Shown here piece by piece: positions 50,160 through 59,041 of a stretch of DNA of 64,000 nt. The stretch's first letter is position 1. Every line of letters starts with the position of its first letter. The notes under the pieces were generated by a model, which saw nothing but the letters and a program-made list of their open reading frames with translations, did no database searches and was not told the DNA's origin. Where the stretch lies: positions 49,342-113,341 of the forward strand of contig DASRUM010000251.1 of assembly GCA_035655415.1 (NCBI GenBank). Reading direction: 5' to 3'. The stretch is from Pseudomonas sp. GTDB lineage: Bacteria; Pseudomonadota; Gammaproteobacteria; Pseudomonadales; Pseudomonadaceae. The translations under genes were made by a program, and so were the position numbers.

Positions 50160-51608
50160 TCAGATCGGGTAATGACGCGGCCCGTTCTGAATAGTCACCC
50201 AACGCAACTGGGTGAAGAAATCGATCGACGCCTTGCTGCCAAAGCTGCCGTAACCGCTGGCCTTGACTCCGCCGAAGGGCATCTGCGCCTCATCGTGCAC
50301 GGTCGGACCGTTGATATGGCAGATGCCCGATTCGACCCGTTGCGCCAACAACAAGGCGCGCGACACATCGCGACTGAAGATCGCCGCCGACAGGCCGAAC
50401 TCGGAATCGTTGGCCAGGCGCAGCAGCTCCTCGTCGCCCTCGCCGCGCAGCACCACCGCCACCGGACCAAAAGACTCCTCGTGGTACAGGCGCATATCCC
50501 GGGTGACACCATCGAGCAAAGTCGCCTGCATGATGCTGCCGTCCAGCTGGCCGCCAGTGACCAGACGCGCGCCTTTGGCCAGGGCATCGTCGACCAGCGC
50601 CTTGATCCGCTGCCCGGCCGACACATCGATCAGCGAGCCGAGCACCGACAGGCTGTCACTCGGATCGCCGGCATGCAGGCTTGCGGCCTTGCTCGCCAGC
50701 TTATCGACAAAGGCATCGGCCACCTTGGCATCGACCACCAGCCGTTCGGTGGACATGCAGATCTGCCCCTGGTTGAAGTAGGCACCGAAGGCTGCCGCCT
50801 CCACTGCCGTATCCAGGTCCGCGTCGTCCAGCACCAGCAAGGGTGCCTTGCCGCCCAGTTCCAGCAGTGCCGGCTTCAGGTGCCGCGCGGCCAGCTCGCC
50901 GATAATCCGCCCGACATGGGTGGAACCGGTGAAGTTGACACGCCGCACCGCCGGGTTGGCGATCAGCCGGGCGACGATGGCCGGCGCGTCTTCTGGCGCG
51001 TTAGTGATCACGTTGACCACGCCATCACCGAGGCCAGCGTCCTGCAGCACCTGGCCGATCAAGCGATGCACCGCTGGACTCAGTTCGGATGCCTTGAGCA
51101 CCAGGGTATTGCCGCAAGCCAGCGGCATGGCCAGCGCCCGAGTGCCAAGGATCACCGGCGCATTCCAGGGCGCGATGCCGAGCACCACGCCGCAGGGCTG
51201 ACGCAGGGCCATGGCGAAACTGCCGGGCACGTCGGAGGGGATCACCTCGCCATATATCTGCGTGGTCATCGCCGCCGCCTCGCGCAGCATGCTAGCGGCC
51301 AGGTGCACGTTAAAGCCGTACCAGTTGGCCATCGCCCCGGTCTCGCCGGCCACCGCGAGGAATTCCGGCGCACGATCTTCGAGCATCTCGGCGGCCTTGA
51401 GCAGGCGCGCGCGCCGCTCGTTGGGTGCCAACGCGGCCCAGGCGGGAAATGCTGCCTGCGCAGCAGCCACGGCGGCATCGGCGTCTTCCAGGGTGGCGGC
51501 AGCGACTTGCGACACCACTTCGCCGGTCACCGGATTGCAGCGCTCGAATACGCGACCATCGGCAGCCGCGCGCGACTGACCGCCAATCAGCAAAGGCACC
51601 TCGAACAT
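50160..51608 (-). CDS. vdh: Vanillin dehydrogenase
   Basis: ALDH motifs PWNAP, LELGGKAP, GQICMS, EESFGP; lies between ech and fcs. Confidence 0.94.
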   Translation of the reverse strand: MFEVPLLIGGQSRAAADGRVFERCNPVTGEVVSQVAAATLEDADAAVAAAQAAFPAWAALAPNERRARLLKAAEMLEDRAPEFLAVAGETGAMANWYGFNVHLAASMLREAAAMTTQIYGEVIPSDVPGSFAMALRQPCGVVLGIAPWNAPVILGTRALAMPLACGNTLVLKASELSPAVHRLIGQVLQDAGLGDGVVNVITNAPEDAPAIVARLIANPAVRRVNFTGSTHVGRIIGELAARHLKPALLELGGKAPLLVLDDADLDTAVEAAAFGAYFNQGQICMSTERLVVDAKVADAFVDKLASKAASLHAGDPSDSLSVLGSLIDVSAGQRIKALVDDALAKGARLVTGGQLDGSIMQATLLDGVTRDMRLYHEESFGPVAVVLRGEGDEELLRLANDSEFGLSAAIFSRDVSRALLLAQRVESGICHINGPTVHDEAQMPFGGVKASGYGSFGSKASIDFFTQLRWVTIQNGPRHYPI

Positions 51609-51680
51609 GGGGAATTCCTCTTATTGTGCTTATTCTGGAAGCGCGCCAAGCCTGCTCAGGCCTGGCGCCAGGTTAGCGTT

Positions 51681-52511
51681 TTAGCGCTTGTAGGCCTGCA
51701 AGCCGGGCTTGATGCTCTTCTCGTCGAGGAACTGCTTCATGCCCTGTTCGCGGCCGCCTTCGGTGTCGAGCAGACGCGACTGGTCGAGCTTGGCGTACAG
51801 GTAATCCTCGTTCTGCTCCCAGGTCAGTTCGCGGCAGCGCTTGAAGCCGATCTTCGCCGCACGCATGACCACCGGGTTTTTCTCCAGCAGATTGCGCGCC
51901 AGCTCGATGGTGGTTTCGCGCAGCTGCGCCAGCGGCACGCTCTCGTTGACCAGACCCATCTGCGCGGCTTTCTGCCCGTCAAAGGTCTTGCCGGTCATGA
52001 TGTAGTACAGCGACTGGCGGTGACCGACGGTATCGGCCATGGCCTTGCTCACCAGGTTGCCCGGTGGGATGCCCCAGTTGATTTCCGACAGGCCAAAGGT
52101 CGCTTCGTCGGCGCAGATCGCCAGATCGCAAGCCACCAGCGGGCTGAAGCCACCACCGAAGCACCAGCCGTTGACCATGGCGATGGTTGGCTTGGTGTAC
52201 ATACGCAGCAGCTTCCACTGCCATTGCGAGGCCTCGCGGCGGATCTTCTCCTGGAGGATTTCCGGGCCGGCGTCGATTTCGCGGAAGTATTCCTTCAGGT
52301 CCATGCCCGCAGTCCAGGCTTCGCCGGCGCCGGTCAGTACCAGCACGCCAACGTCAGGATCCTGCTCCAGAGTCTCCAGCACCTCGACCATTTCGCGGTT
52401 CAGGGTCGGGCTCATGGCGTTGCGTTTTTCTGGGCGATTGAGAATGACCCAACCAATGCCCTCTTCAACCTCAACCTTCACCGTCTGCCAGCGATTCTCG
52501 TAGCTACTCAT
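51681..52511 (-). CDS. ech: Hydroxycinnamoyl-CoA hydratase/lyase
   Basis: MSSYENRWQTVKV, AGMDLKEYFRE, SEINWGIPPG, IKPGLQAYKR. Confidence 0.97.
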   Translation of the reverse strand: MSSYENRWQTVKVEVEEGIGWVILNRPEKRNAMSPTLNREMVEVLETLEQDPDVGVLVLTGAGEAWTAGMDLKEYFREIDAGPEILQEKIRREASQWQWKLLRMYTKPTIAMVNGWCFGGGFSPLVACDLAICADEATFGLSEINWGIPPGNLVSKAMADTVGHRQSLYYIMTGKTFDGQKAAQMGLVNESVPLAQLRETTIELARNLLEKNPVVMRAAKIGFKRCRELTWEQNEDYLYAKLDQSRLLDTEGGREQGMKQFLDEKSIKPGLQAYKR

Positions 52512-52561
52512 CTCATACCCCTTCTTATGGTTGTCAGCACCTGGAGACAAAATTATCTCGC

Positions 52562-52590
52562 AAATATAGTTATGTCAATTAACTATATTT
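52562..52590. promoter_or_regulatory. MarR (FerR-type) operator upstream of ech
   Basis: Perfect 11-bp inverted arms AAATATAGTTA-tgtcaat-TAACTATATTT; weaker GTTA-N7-TAAT at 52694-52708. Confidence 0.8.
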
Positions 52591-53075
52591 CATAAAAATA
52601 AGTATTTTGATCACGCAAGGCGCCATGAGCGCACGTACAGAGTGAGGAATAGCGAGTAAAAAAGACAATTCAGCATAAATCGCAAAAAATTACGTTAACG
52701 ACAATAATCGTTATGTTGAGCAGAAATTGATCAGCCCACCCTGATGTGCTGCCTAGACAGGCGCAAAGAAATACCTGCCTGCACCCGACCATTGCTGAGG
52801 TGAATTGGGCCTCCCTCTACGTGACACAGAAACCTAATCGCCACGCTAGCGACGTTCCTCACCGACGCCACTGAGGCGCCTCCAATAACTCTCGGTAAGC
52901 AAACAGTCCTGCGGCTAGAGCAAAGCCTGTAGCTCTAGCTGGCATGCAGCGCTGCAGACAGGCAAACGCATCGAATAAAACTCCGCCTGTCCCATCTGCT
53001 GCCTTTTGTGGCCGTAAACCGCTACAATCGCGCCCCTTTCGCGCCCGTGCGCCCGTTTATCCTGGACCAAGATTC

Positions 53076-53103
53076 GTGATCTCCACCGCCAACATCACCA
53101 TGC
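53076..53103 (+). mobile_element. 5' stub of an ABC-F ATPase (YbiT-like) gene; probable attachment junction of an integrated element
   Basis: GTG ATC TCC ACC GCC AAC ATC ACC ATG C = (M)ISTANITM, the Pseudomonas YbiT-type N-terminus as recalled, then unrelated sequence. TACAAT -10 at 53023; tandem GGTATC repeats at 53188-53206. Confidence 0.65.
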
Positions 53104-53404
53104 GAGAAATTGTGTGTTTGTGTGGGTACCTGTGCGTAGGAAACATGCGGTTTTCAGCCACTTGAGTACCCAGTAAAACTCAGTGATTGGTATCAAAATC
53201 GGTATCGGATTTGGTTACTTCCTACCCATTTCGATTATCTCGACTGATCACCCTTGCCCAGCTCACGCGGGCAGCAAAGCTGTATTTGGAACCCTCAGCC
53301 AACCTCTCGACCTCGACTTGCAGTTTTCAAAATGAATAGACACTGGAACTGCCAGACCAATCTGGCTACCCACGCAAGTGAGCCTTCCAGTCGAGGGGCA
53401 AGTC

Positions 53405-53626
53405 ATGCTGAATACTCTGATCGCCAAACTCACCACATCCCTGCTCCGCCCGAAATTCAATCCTGGCTACCAGACCAGGGTTTATCCGCGATTGGGTGAG
53501 ATGGTCATCGTCCATGACTCGCTGGACTTTGGCCCCATCGCGACAGCAGACGAGCTAAAGCCGATCGACGATTTCTGGCTAAACGATGAAATGCCTATCA
53601 CCGGCCTGCTCACCCATAGGCGCTGA
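53405..53626 (+). CDS. Hypothetical 73-aa protein
   Basis: ATG with SD GAGGGG; no recognisable motif. Confidence 0.4.
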   Translation: MLNTLIAKLTTSLLRPKFNPGYQTRVYPRLGEMVIVHDSLDFGPIATADELKPIDDFWLNDEMPITGLLTHRR

Positions 53627-53903
53627 CCGCCCTTTCGTTTACTACTTCTTGGTCCATCCCGCCCGCCTTTAAGTCCATGAGTCAGAGGCAAGATGCTACT
53701 CGCAAGACGAGCATCAATATTGCCGTCTCCGCTCTGTTAGCTCATGTGCAGGTATCGTTCCAGACAAGGCGTGCAAGGACACTGCCGATTTGGGCTAACG
53801 CACCGTCTTGCGTGCTTTCTATAGTGGCTGCACAGCCGCGCGGCGAAAGCACCACCCGCCTTTTGCGCCCCGATAAAAGAACAACAATCCGAGGCCTGAA
53901 ACC

Positions 53904-54788
53904 ATGATCCGTGGCAGCATCGTTGCACTCGTCACCCCCATGAGCGAAAACGGCGCAATTGACTACTCCGCCCTGAACCGTCTGGTTGACTTTCACTTGC
54001 GCGAAGGCAGCCACGGCCTCGTCGCAGTCGGCACAACCGGTGAATGCTCGGCCCTTGATTTCAAGGAGCACCTCAACGTCATACGGCACATCGTCGAGCG
54101 CGTTGGCGGACGCTTGCCGGTAATTGCGGGTACCGGCAGCAACAGCACCCGAGAAGCGATTGCCCTGACAGCCGCAGCTGCCGATGCTGGCGCAGATGCC
54201 TGCCTGCTGGTCACGCCCTACTACGTGCGCCCGACTCAGGAAGGGCTGTATCAGCACTTCGCAGCTATCGCCAAGGCCGTACCGATCCCGCAGATTCTCT
54301 ACAACGTGCCGGCACGTACTGCCTGCGACCTGTTACCCAACACGGTGTCCCAGCTGGCCGAACTCGACACCATCGTCGGCATCAAGGAAGCCACGGGGGA
54401 TCTGGTCCGCGCCCGGGCGCTGCTGCCACTGGCTGCAGACGGCTTTGCCCTGTACTCGGGCGACGACGCCAGCGCTGCGGAATTCATGCTGCTGGGTGGC
54501 CAGGGCAACATTTCGGTCACGGCCAACGTCGCCCCGCGTGCCATGGCCAAGTTGTGTGAGGCCGCATTGGCCGGGGATGCGGCGCAAGCCCGCGCCCTAC
54601 AACGTTACTTACAACCCTTGCATGCCGCGCTGGGTGTGGAAACCAACCCTATCGCCGTGAAGTGGGCGTTACAGCGGATGAAGCTGATTGGTGCAGGCAT
54701 TCGTGCACCACTGACCTGGCTTGGCCACGCTCACGAAGCCCTCCTCTGCCAAGCCATGGACGACTGCCTCATCCCCTCTCAGCCCTGA
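53904..54788 (+). CDS. dapA: 4-hydroxy-tetrahydrodipicolinate synthase (DapA) paralog
   Basis: GTTGE, TPYY, LYNVPART, GIKEATGD (Schiff-base Lys), SGDD, ETNPIAVK. Confidence 0.82.
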   Translation: MIRGSIVALVTPMSENGAIDYSALNRLVDFHLREGSHGLVAVGTTGECSALDFKEHLNVIRHIVERVGGRLPVIAGTGSNSTREAIALTAAAADAGADACLLVTPYYVRPTQEGLYQHFAAIAKAVPIPQILYNVPARTACDLLPNTVSQLAELDTIVGIKEATGDLVRARALLPLAADGFALYSGDDASAAEFMLLGGQGNISVTANVAPRAMAKLCEAALAGDAAQARALQRYLQPLHAALGVETNPIAVKWALQRMKLIGAGIRAPLTWLGHAHEALLCQAMDDCLIPSQP

Positions 54789-54821
54789 CATCCAACATCA
54801 AGCATCACTCGAGGTTCGACC

Positions 54822-56906
54822 ATGTCTTTTGAACGCATAAGCATTCAGTGGCGCATCAGCCTGCTTAGCGGTTGCAGCCTGCTCGCCGTCGTCGCCGTGG
54901 TACTCGGCATCACCCTGTATCAAGCGCACCGTAACGCCGAGCTGTTCAAGCGCGAGAGCACGCGCATCCTTGATGAATCGGCGCAGGCACGACTTGAAGC
55001 CAGCGCAGTGGCGCAGAAACTGCGTATCGAGCACTTCTTTCGCAGCATGGAGTTGTACGGCGACGGCATCGCCGGGCAGGTGCTGCAATTGCGCACGCAG
55101 CACGCGGGCGGTGCCGGTTCGGCCGATACGCTGCGCCGGCAACTGGTCGCACTGATCCATGACGCCCTGCTTGCCAGCCCAAAGACGCTGGGTATCTATC
55201 TGGTGATGCAGCCCGACGCCCTCGATGGTCAGGACAGCGACTTCATCGCCCAGGAGCCGATGTCGAGCAATGAGAAAGGCCGCTTCGCCCTGTACTGGTC
55301 GCAAAGCGAACCCGGCAAGCTGGTGCAGGCAACACTGACCGAGGAAAACATCAACGCCAACCCGACGCCCGCCGGCGCAGAGCCGCAGAACGCCTGGTAC
55401 GTCTGCCCGGTACAAAGCGGAAAACCCTGCGTGGTCGAGCCCTATGCGGTAGAGGTGGAAGGCCGCAGTACGTTGATGAGCAGCCTGTCCATTCCCCTGA
55501 TTGATAACGGCCGGGTGATCGGCGTGCTGGGTTTCGACATCAGCCTGGCCACCCTGCAACGCCTGACCGAGACGCTCAGCGCCGAGCTGTATCAGGGTCA
55601 GAACGCCGTCTACATTCTCTCCGCCACTCACCTGCTGGCCGGGCACAGCGCCCAGCCCGACAAGCTGGGTAACCCGTTCGCCAGCGCGCCCACCCCCGAC
55701 AGCGTGCAGCTGAGCCAGGTCTTGCAGCCCCTGGCCGATTCGCGGCCCTGGCACCTGCATATCGATATGCCCAACGCGCAGCTGCACGCCCCCGCGCAAC
55801 GCCTGCAGACGCAGATGGACAACGGCCAGCAGGATGCGCTGTGGCAAAGCCTGGGCCTGGGGCTCGGCGTCAGCCTGCTTGGCGTGCTGCTGATCGGCCT
55901 GAGCGCACGCAGCATCAGCCGCCCACTGCAACGCGTGGCCGAGATGCTCGACGAACTGGTGGAGGGCGACGGCGATCTGACCCGACGCCTGCCCAGGCAG
56001 CGCAGCGATGAGCTGGGCCGGCTGGTCACCGGTTTCAATCGCTTTCTCGACCACCTACAACCCATGGTCGGCGAGATCCAGAGGGCCGCCCTCGGAACCC
56101 GCGAAACAGCCGACCGAGCGGCCGGCGTCGCCGAGGACATCAACGCCGGCATGCACCGCCAGCACCAGCAGGTGGAGCAAGCCGCCGTGGCCCTGCAGCA
56201 GATCAACGCCAGTGCCCAGGAAGTCGCCGGCAGCTCGGCCCTGGCCGCCGACGCGGCGCGGGCCGCCGACCAGGCCGGCCAGCAAGGAGTGCTGTCATTC
56301 GCCAAGACCACAGAAACCATCACCCAGCTGGATCAGCGTCTCGAAGACGCCATGCAAGACGTGCAAGCGCTGGCCGGCAGCAGCGAGGAAATCGGCCAAG
56401 TACTCGATGTGATCTGCACCATCGCCGAGCAGACCAGCCTGCTCGCGCTCAACGCTGCCATCGAGGCCGCACGGGCAGGAGACCAGGGCCGAGGCTTCGC
56501 TGTAGTGGCCGATGAAGTACGCCACCTGGCGGACAACACGCAGAACTCGGTGGGCAAGATCCGTCTGGTGGTGGAAAACCTGCAGCAGCTCAGCCGTGAC
56601 GTGGTCAGCGGCATGCACCGCAGCCGTGAGCAGGCGCGCAACAGCGTCGGCCTGCTCGACGACACCCATACCGCGCTGCACACCATCGGCGAAGCCATCA
56701 GCGTGATCGACCGCATGAACCGGCAAATCGCCGAAGCCTCCCAGGCGCAAAGCGCTGGGTTGGAGGACGTGGCCCAGCGTGTCGATGGCATCCGCAGCAT
56801 CAGCGCGACACTCACGACGCAGATTGAGGCGTCATCGCATATCGGCCGATCCCTGCACGGTATGTCTATCCAACAACAGCGTCTGGTGGAGCACTTCCGC
56901 ACCTGA
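54822..56906 (+). CDS. Methyl-accepting chemotaxis protein with dCache-type sensor (McpU-like)
   Basis: GRFALYW, WYVCP...PCVVEPY, GFDISL, HAMP, MCP signature; same type as 22743-24830. Confidence 0.92.
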   Translation: MSFERISIQWRISLLSGCSLLAVVAVVLGITLYQAHRNAELFKRESTRILDESAQARLEASAVAQKLRIEHFFRSMELYGDGIAGQVLQLRTQHAGGAGSADTLRRQLVALIHDALLASPKTLGIYLVMQPDALDGQDSDFIAQEPMSSNEKGRFALYWSQSEPGKLVQATLTEENINANPTPAGAEPQNAWYVCPVQSGKPCVVEPYAVEVEGRSTLMSSLSIPLIDNGRVIGVLGFDISLATLQRLTETLSAELYQGQNAVYILSATHLLAGHSAQPDKLGNPFASAPTPDSVQLSQVLQPLADSRPWHLHIDMPNAQLHAPAQRLQTQMDNGQQDALWQSLGLGLGVSLLGVLLIGLSARSISRPLQRVAEMLDELVEGDGDLTRRLPRQRSDELGRLVTGFNRFLDHLQPMVGEIQRAALGTRETADRAAGVAEDINAGMHRQHQQVEQAAVALQQINASAQEVAGSSALAADAARAADQAGQQGVLSFAKTTETITQLDQRLEDAMQDVQALAGSSEEIGQVLDVICTIAEQTSLLALNAAIEAARAGDQGRGFAVVADEVRHLADNTQNSVGKIRLVVENLQQLSRDVVSGMHRSREQARNSVGLLDDTHTALHTIGEAISVIDRMNRQIAEASQAQSAGLEDVAQRVDGIRSISATLTTQIEASSHIGRSLHGMSIQQQRLVEHFRT

Positions 56907-56931
56907 CTCGCCCACCCAAAGGAGCCACCCT

Positions 56932-58008
56932 ATGAGACGTCTGCTCTATCCGCTGCTGCTGGTCGCCGGCCTGCAGGCACAGGCCCAGGACGTGATTCGC
57001 TTCTACAGCTGGAAAGATTATTTCGACCCCGCGGTGCTCAAGGACTTCGAAGCGCAGACCGGTATCCGCGTCGACTACCAGGCCTACACCACCGTACAAG
57101 AGCTCAATCAGGCGCTGCGCGATGGCGAAGCCTATGACCTCATCGTGCCGAGCCACTTCATGCTCAAACAGTTGATCGCCGAGCAGCGCCTGACCCGCCT
57201 TGATGTCCGACGCCTACCCAGTTACTCGCAGCTGGATCCCTGGTTGCTCTCAATGCTCGCCGGTATACCAGCAGCCAACCAGTACAGCGTCCCCTACCTG
57301 TGGGGCTCAATTGGCCTGGCGATAAATACCCAAACAGCTCAGGCCATCTATGCCGACGCCTTGCCCAACAGTTGGGCACTGCTGTTCGATGAGGCACATT
57401 CAGCCCAGCTCAGCGCTTGTGGTATCGGCCTGCCGGACGCCCCTGAAGAGGTCACATCCGTGCTGCTCAACTACCAAGGGCGTCGCCTGTCCGCTAGCGG
57501 AAACAGGCAGATCGCCCGTAGCGTGCAAACACTCACCCCGCTTGCACCTCTTCTACGAGCTCTGGACAACTGGGAGCATATCGACGCGCTGGCGGCAGGC
57601 CGCCTTTGCCTTGCCATGACCTGGAGCGGTCACGCCCTCAAAGCCATGCACGACAATCCGCGATTGACCTATCGCATCCCGCAGGAAGGCAGTGCGATCT
57701 ACATCGATACCCTGGCCATTCCCAGCAATGCCAGCCAACCCGAGCTAGCCTACCGGCTGATCGACTTTCTGATCGCACCGGACAACATCGTCCGCAATGC
57801 CCTCGCCACCAAGTTCTATGCCCCGCTGCCCAGTGACGCCACTGCGCTGCAGACGCTGATCGAGGAAAACCCGCTGCAGGTGCTGAGCCCGGCGCAGCGG
57901 CGCCGGAGCTATCTGCTGGAAAGCCTGCTGCCAGCTCAGAAGCAGACGCTGGAACAGAGCTGGCAGCAGTTCAAGAGTGCCGCCAGCAAGGTGCAGCCGA
58001 CACCCTGA
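56932..58008 (+). CDS. PotD/PotF-like solute-binding protein (3)
   Basis: FYSWKDY, YDLIVPS, PYLWGS, LCLAMTWSG, PQEG; signal peptide; SD AAGGAG. Confidence 0.85.
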   Translation: MRRLLYPLLLVAGLQAQAQDVIRFYSWKDYFDPAVLKDFEAQTGIRVDYQAYTTVQELNQALRDGEAYDLIVPSHFMLKQLIAEQRLTRLDVRRLPSYSQLDPWLLSMLAGIPAANQYSVPYLWGSIGLAINTQTAQAIYADALPNSWALLFDEAHSAQLSACGIGLPDAPEEVTSVLLNYQGRRLSASGNRQIARSVQTLTPLAPLLRALDNWEHIDALAAGRLCLAMTWSGHALKAMHDNPRLTYRIPQEGSAIYIDTLAIPSNASQPELAYRLIDFLIAPDNIVRNALATKFYAPLPSDATALQTLIEENPLQVLSPAQRRRSYLLESLLPAQKQTLEQSWQQFKSAASKVQPTP

Positions 58009-58023
58009 GGGCGAGAAGCAGCG

Positions 58024-58968
58024 CTAGGCGCGCCGCGTTTCGGAGGGGTATTCGCCGAACAGGGCGCGGTAGTGAGTAGCGAAGTGACTGAGGTGGTAGA
58101 AGCCCATCTCCGCCGCGACTTCGCCGACCTTGAACTGGCTGGCCGGCGTACTGATCAAGCGCCTGCGCACCGCGTTCAGGCGCAGGTTGCGCAGGTATTC
58201 CACCGGCCGCGTGCCGGTAATCACCTGGAAGCTGTTCTGCAAGGTGCGACGGCTGACGCGCAGCTGCTCGCAGAGGTCAATGATGCTGATCGGTGAATCA
58301 ACGCCAGCTTCCATCGCCAGTTCCTGGCTACGCTTGACCAGATAGGCGCAGACTGCCGAGCTACCACGGCGATCACGGCCTTCATCTGAGGCATTACTGA
58401 ATACGTCGAGAAAGACATCAAGCAGAGTGTCTTCGAGCATTTTCTCGACTGCCGCGTTGACCGGTTCGGTGCGCTGCAGCAGTGACTCGAAGACCGGATA
58501 GATACGCTGACGCACACGCTGCTGCACCGGCTCGCTGAGCGACAGCTGGGGCATCGACTTGAGCAGTTCGATCTTGTTTGAAGAAAGCTCCAGCGCGGCC
58601 AGTTTGGCGAAGCGCACCAGATCGACATTGGCACCGAGAAAGCACAGGCCTTCCGGCGAGTGCAGGAGAAACTCTTCACCGTCGCGCAACACCATCACGT
58701 TATGCGCACCGACCTTCTGCCCAAGCACCAGCGGTGAGCGATCGGTACTCATCAGCAAGGCAATGCACAGCCGCCCCTTGGGCGAACGGCCATGCTGCAC
58801 GGTGCGCTTGCCCAGGCTCTCCTGGAATATCTGGAAATGGTCGGCCACCACCTGCCGCAGCTCACTGGAAAAGCTTCCGCAACTCTGCTGATCGTAGACC
58901 TGCTGCCAGCCCAGGATAGAACTGGCATGTTGCTGCGGATCGGAAAAGGAACGAATTTCGCTGAACAT
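58024..58968 (-). CDS. AraC-family regulator (EutR-like)
   Basis: GWQQVYDQ..G.F N-terminus; VSRRTLQNSF, LRLNAVRR, GFYHLSHFATHYRALFGEYPS. Confidence 0.9.
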   Translation of the reverse strand: MFSEIRSFSDPQQHASSILGWQQVYDQQSCGSFSSELRQVVADHFQIFQESLGKRTVQHGRSPKGRLCIALLMSTDRSPLVLGQKVGAHNVMVLRDGEEFLLHSPEGLCFLGANVDLVRFAKLAALELSSNKIELLKSMPQLSLSEPVQQRVRQRIYPVFESLLQRTEPVNAAVEKMLEDTLLDVFLDVFSNASDEGRDRRGSSAVCAYLVKRSQELAMEAGVDSPISIIDLCEQLRVSRRTLQNSFQVITGTRPVEYLRNLRLNAVRRRLISTPASQFKVGEVAAEMGFYHLSHFATHYRALFGEYPSETRRA

Positions 58969-59041
58969 GACTATCGCCTCTCTGCGCTATTCACCGCCAG
59001 GAAGAGTCATCCCTGAACCGCTACGCGCTTTCTTAACTTAT

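Noticed and set aside
50172-52595. 807-aa plus-strand ORF
   Set aside because: Antisense shadow of vdh and ech; long opposite-strand frames are expected from high-GC codon bias and it has no motifs of its own.
53254-53499. 81-aa ORF as an integrase remnant
   Set aside because: No recognisable tyrosine-recombinase motif; any resemblance is too weak to call without alignment.
53790-53815. Possible sigma54 promoter before the dapA paralog (AACGCACCGTCTTGC)
   Set aside because: Lacks the invariant GG at -24.
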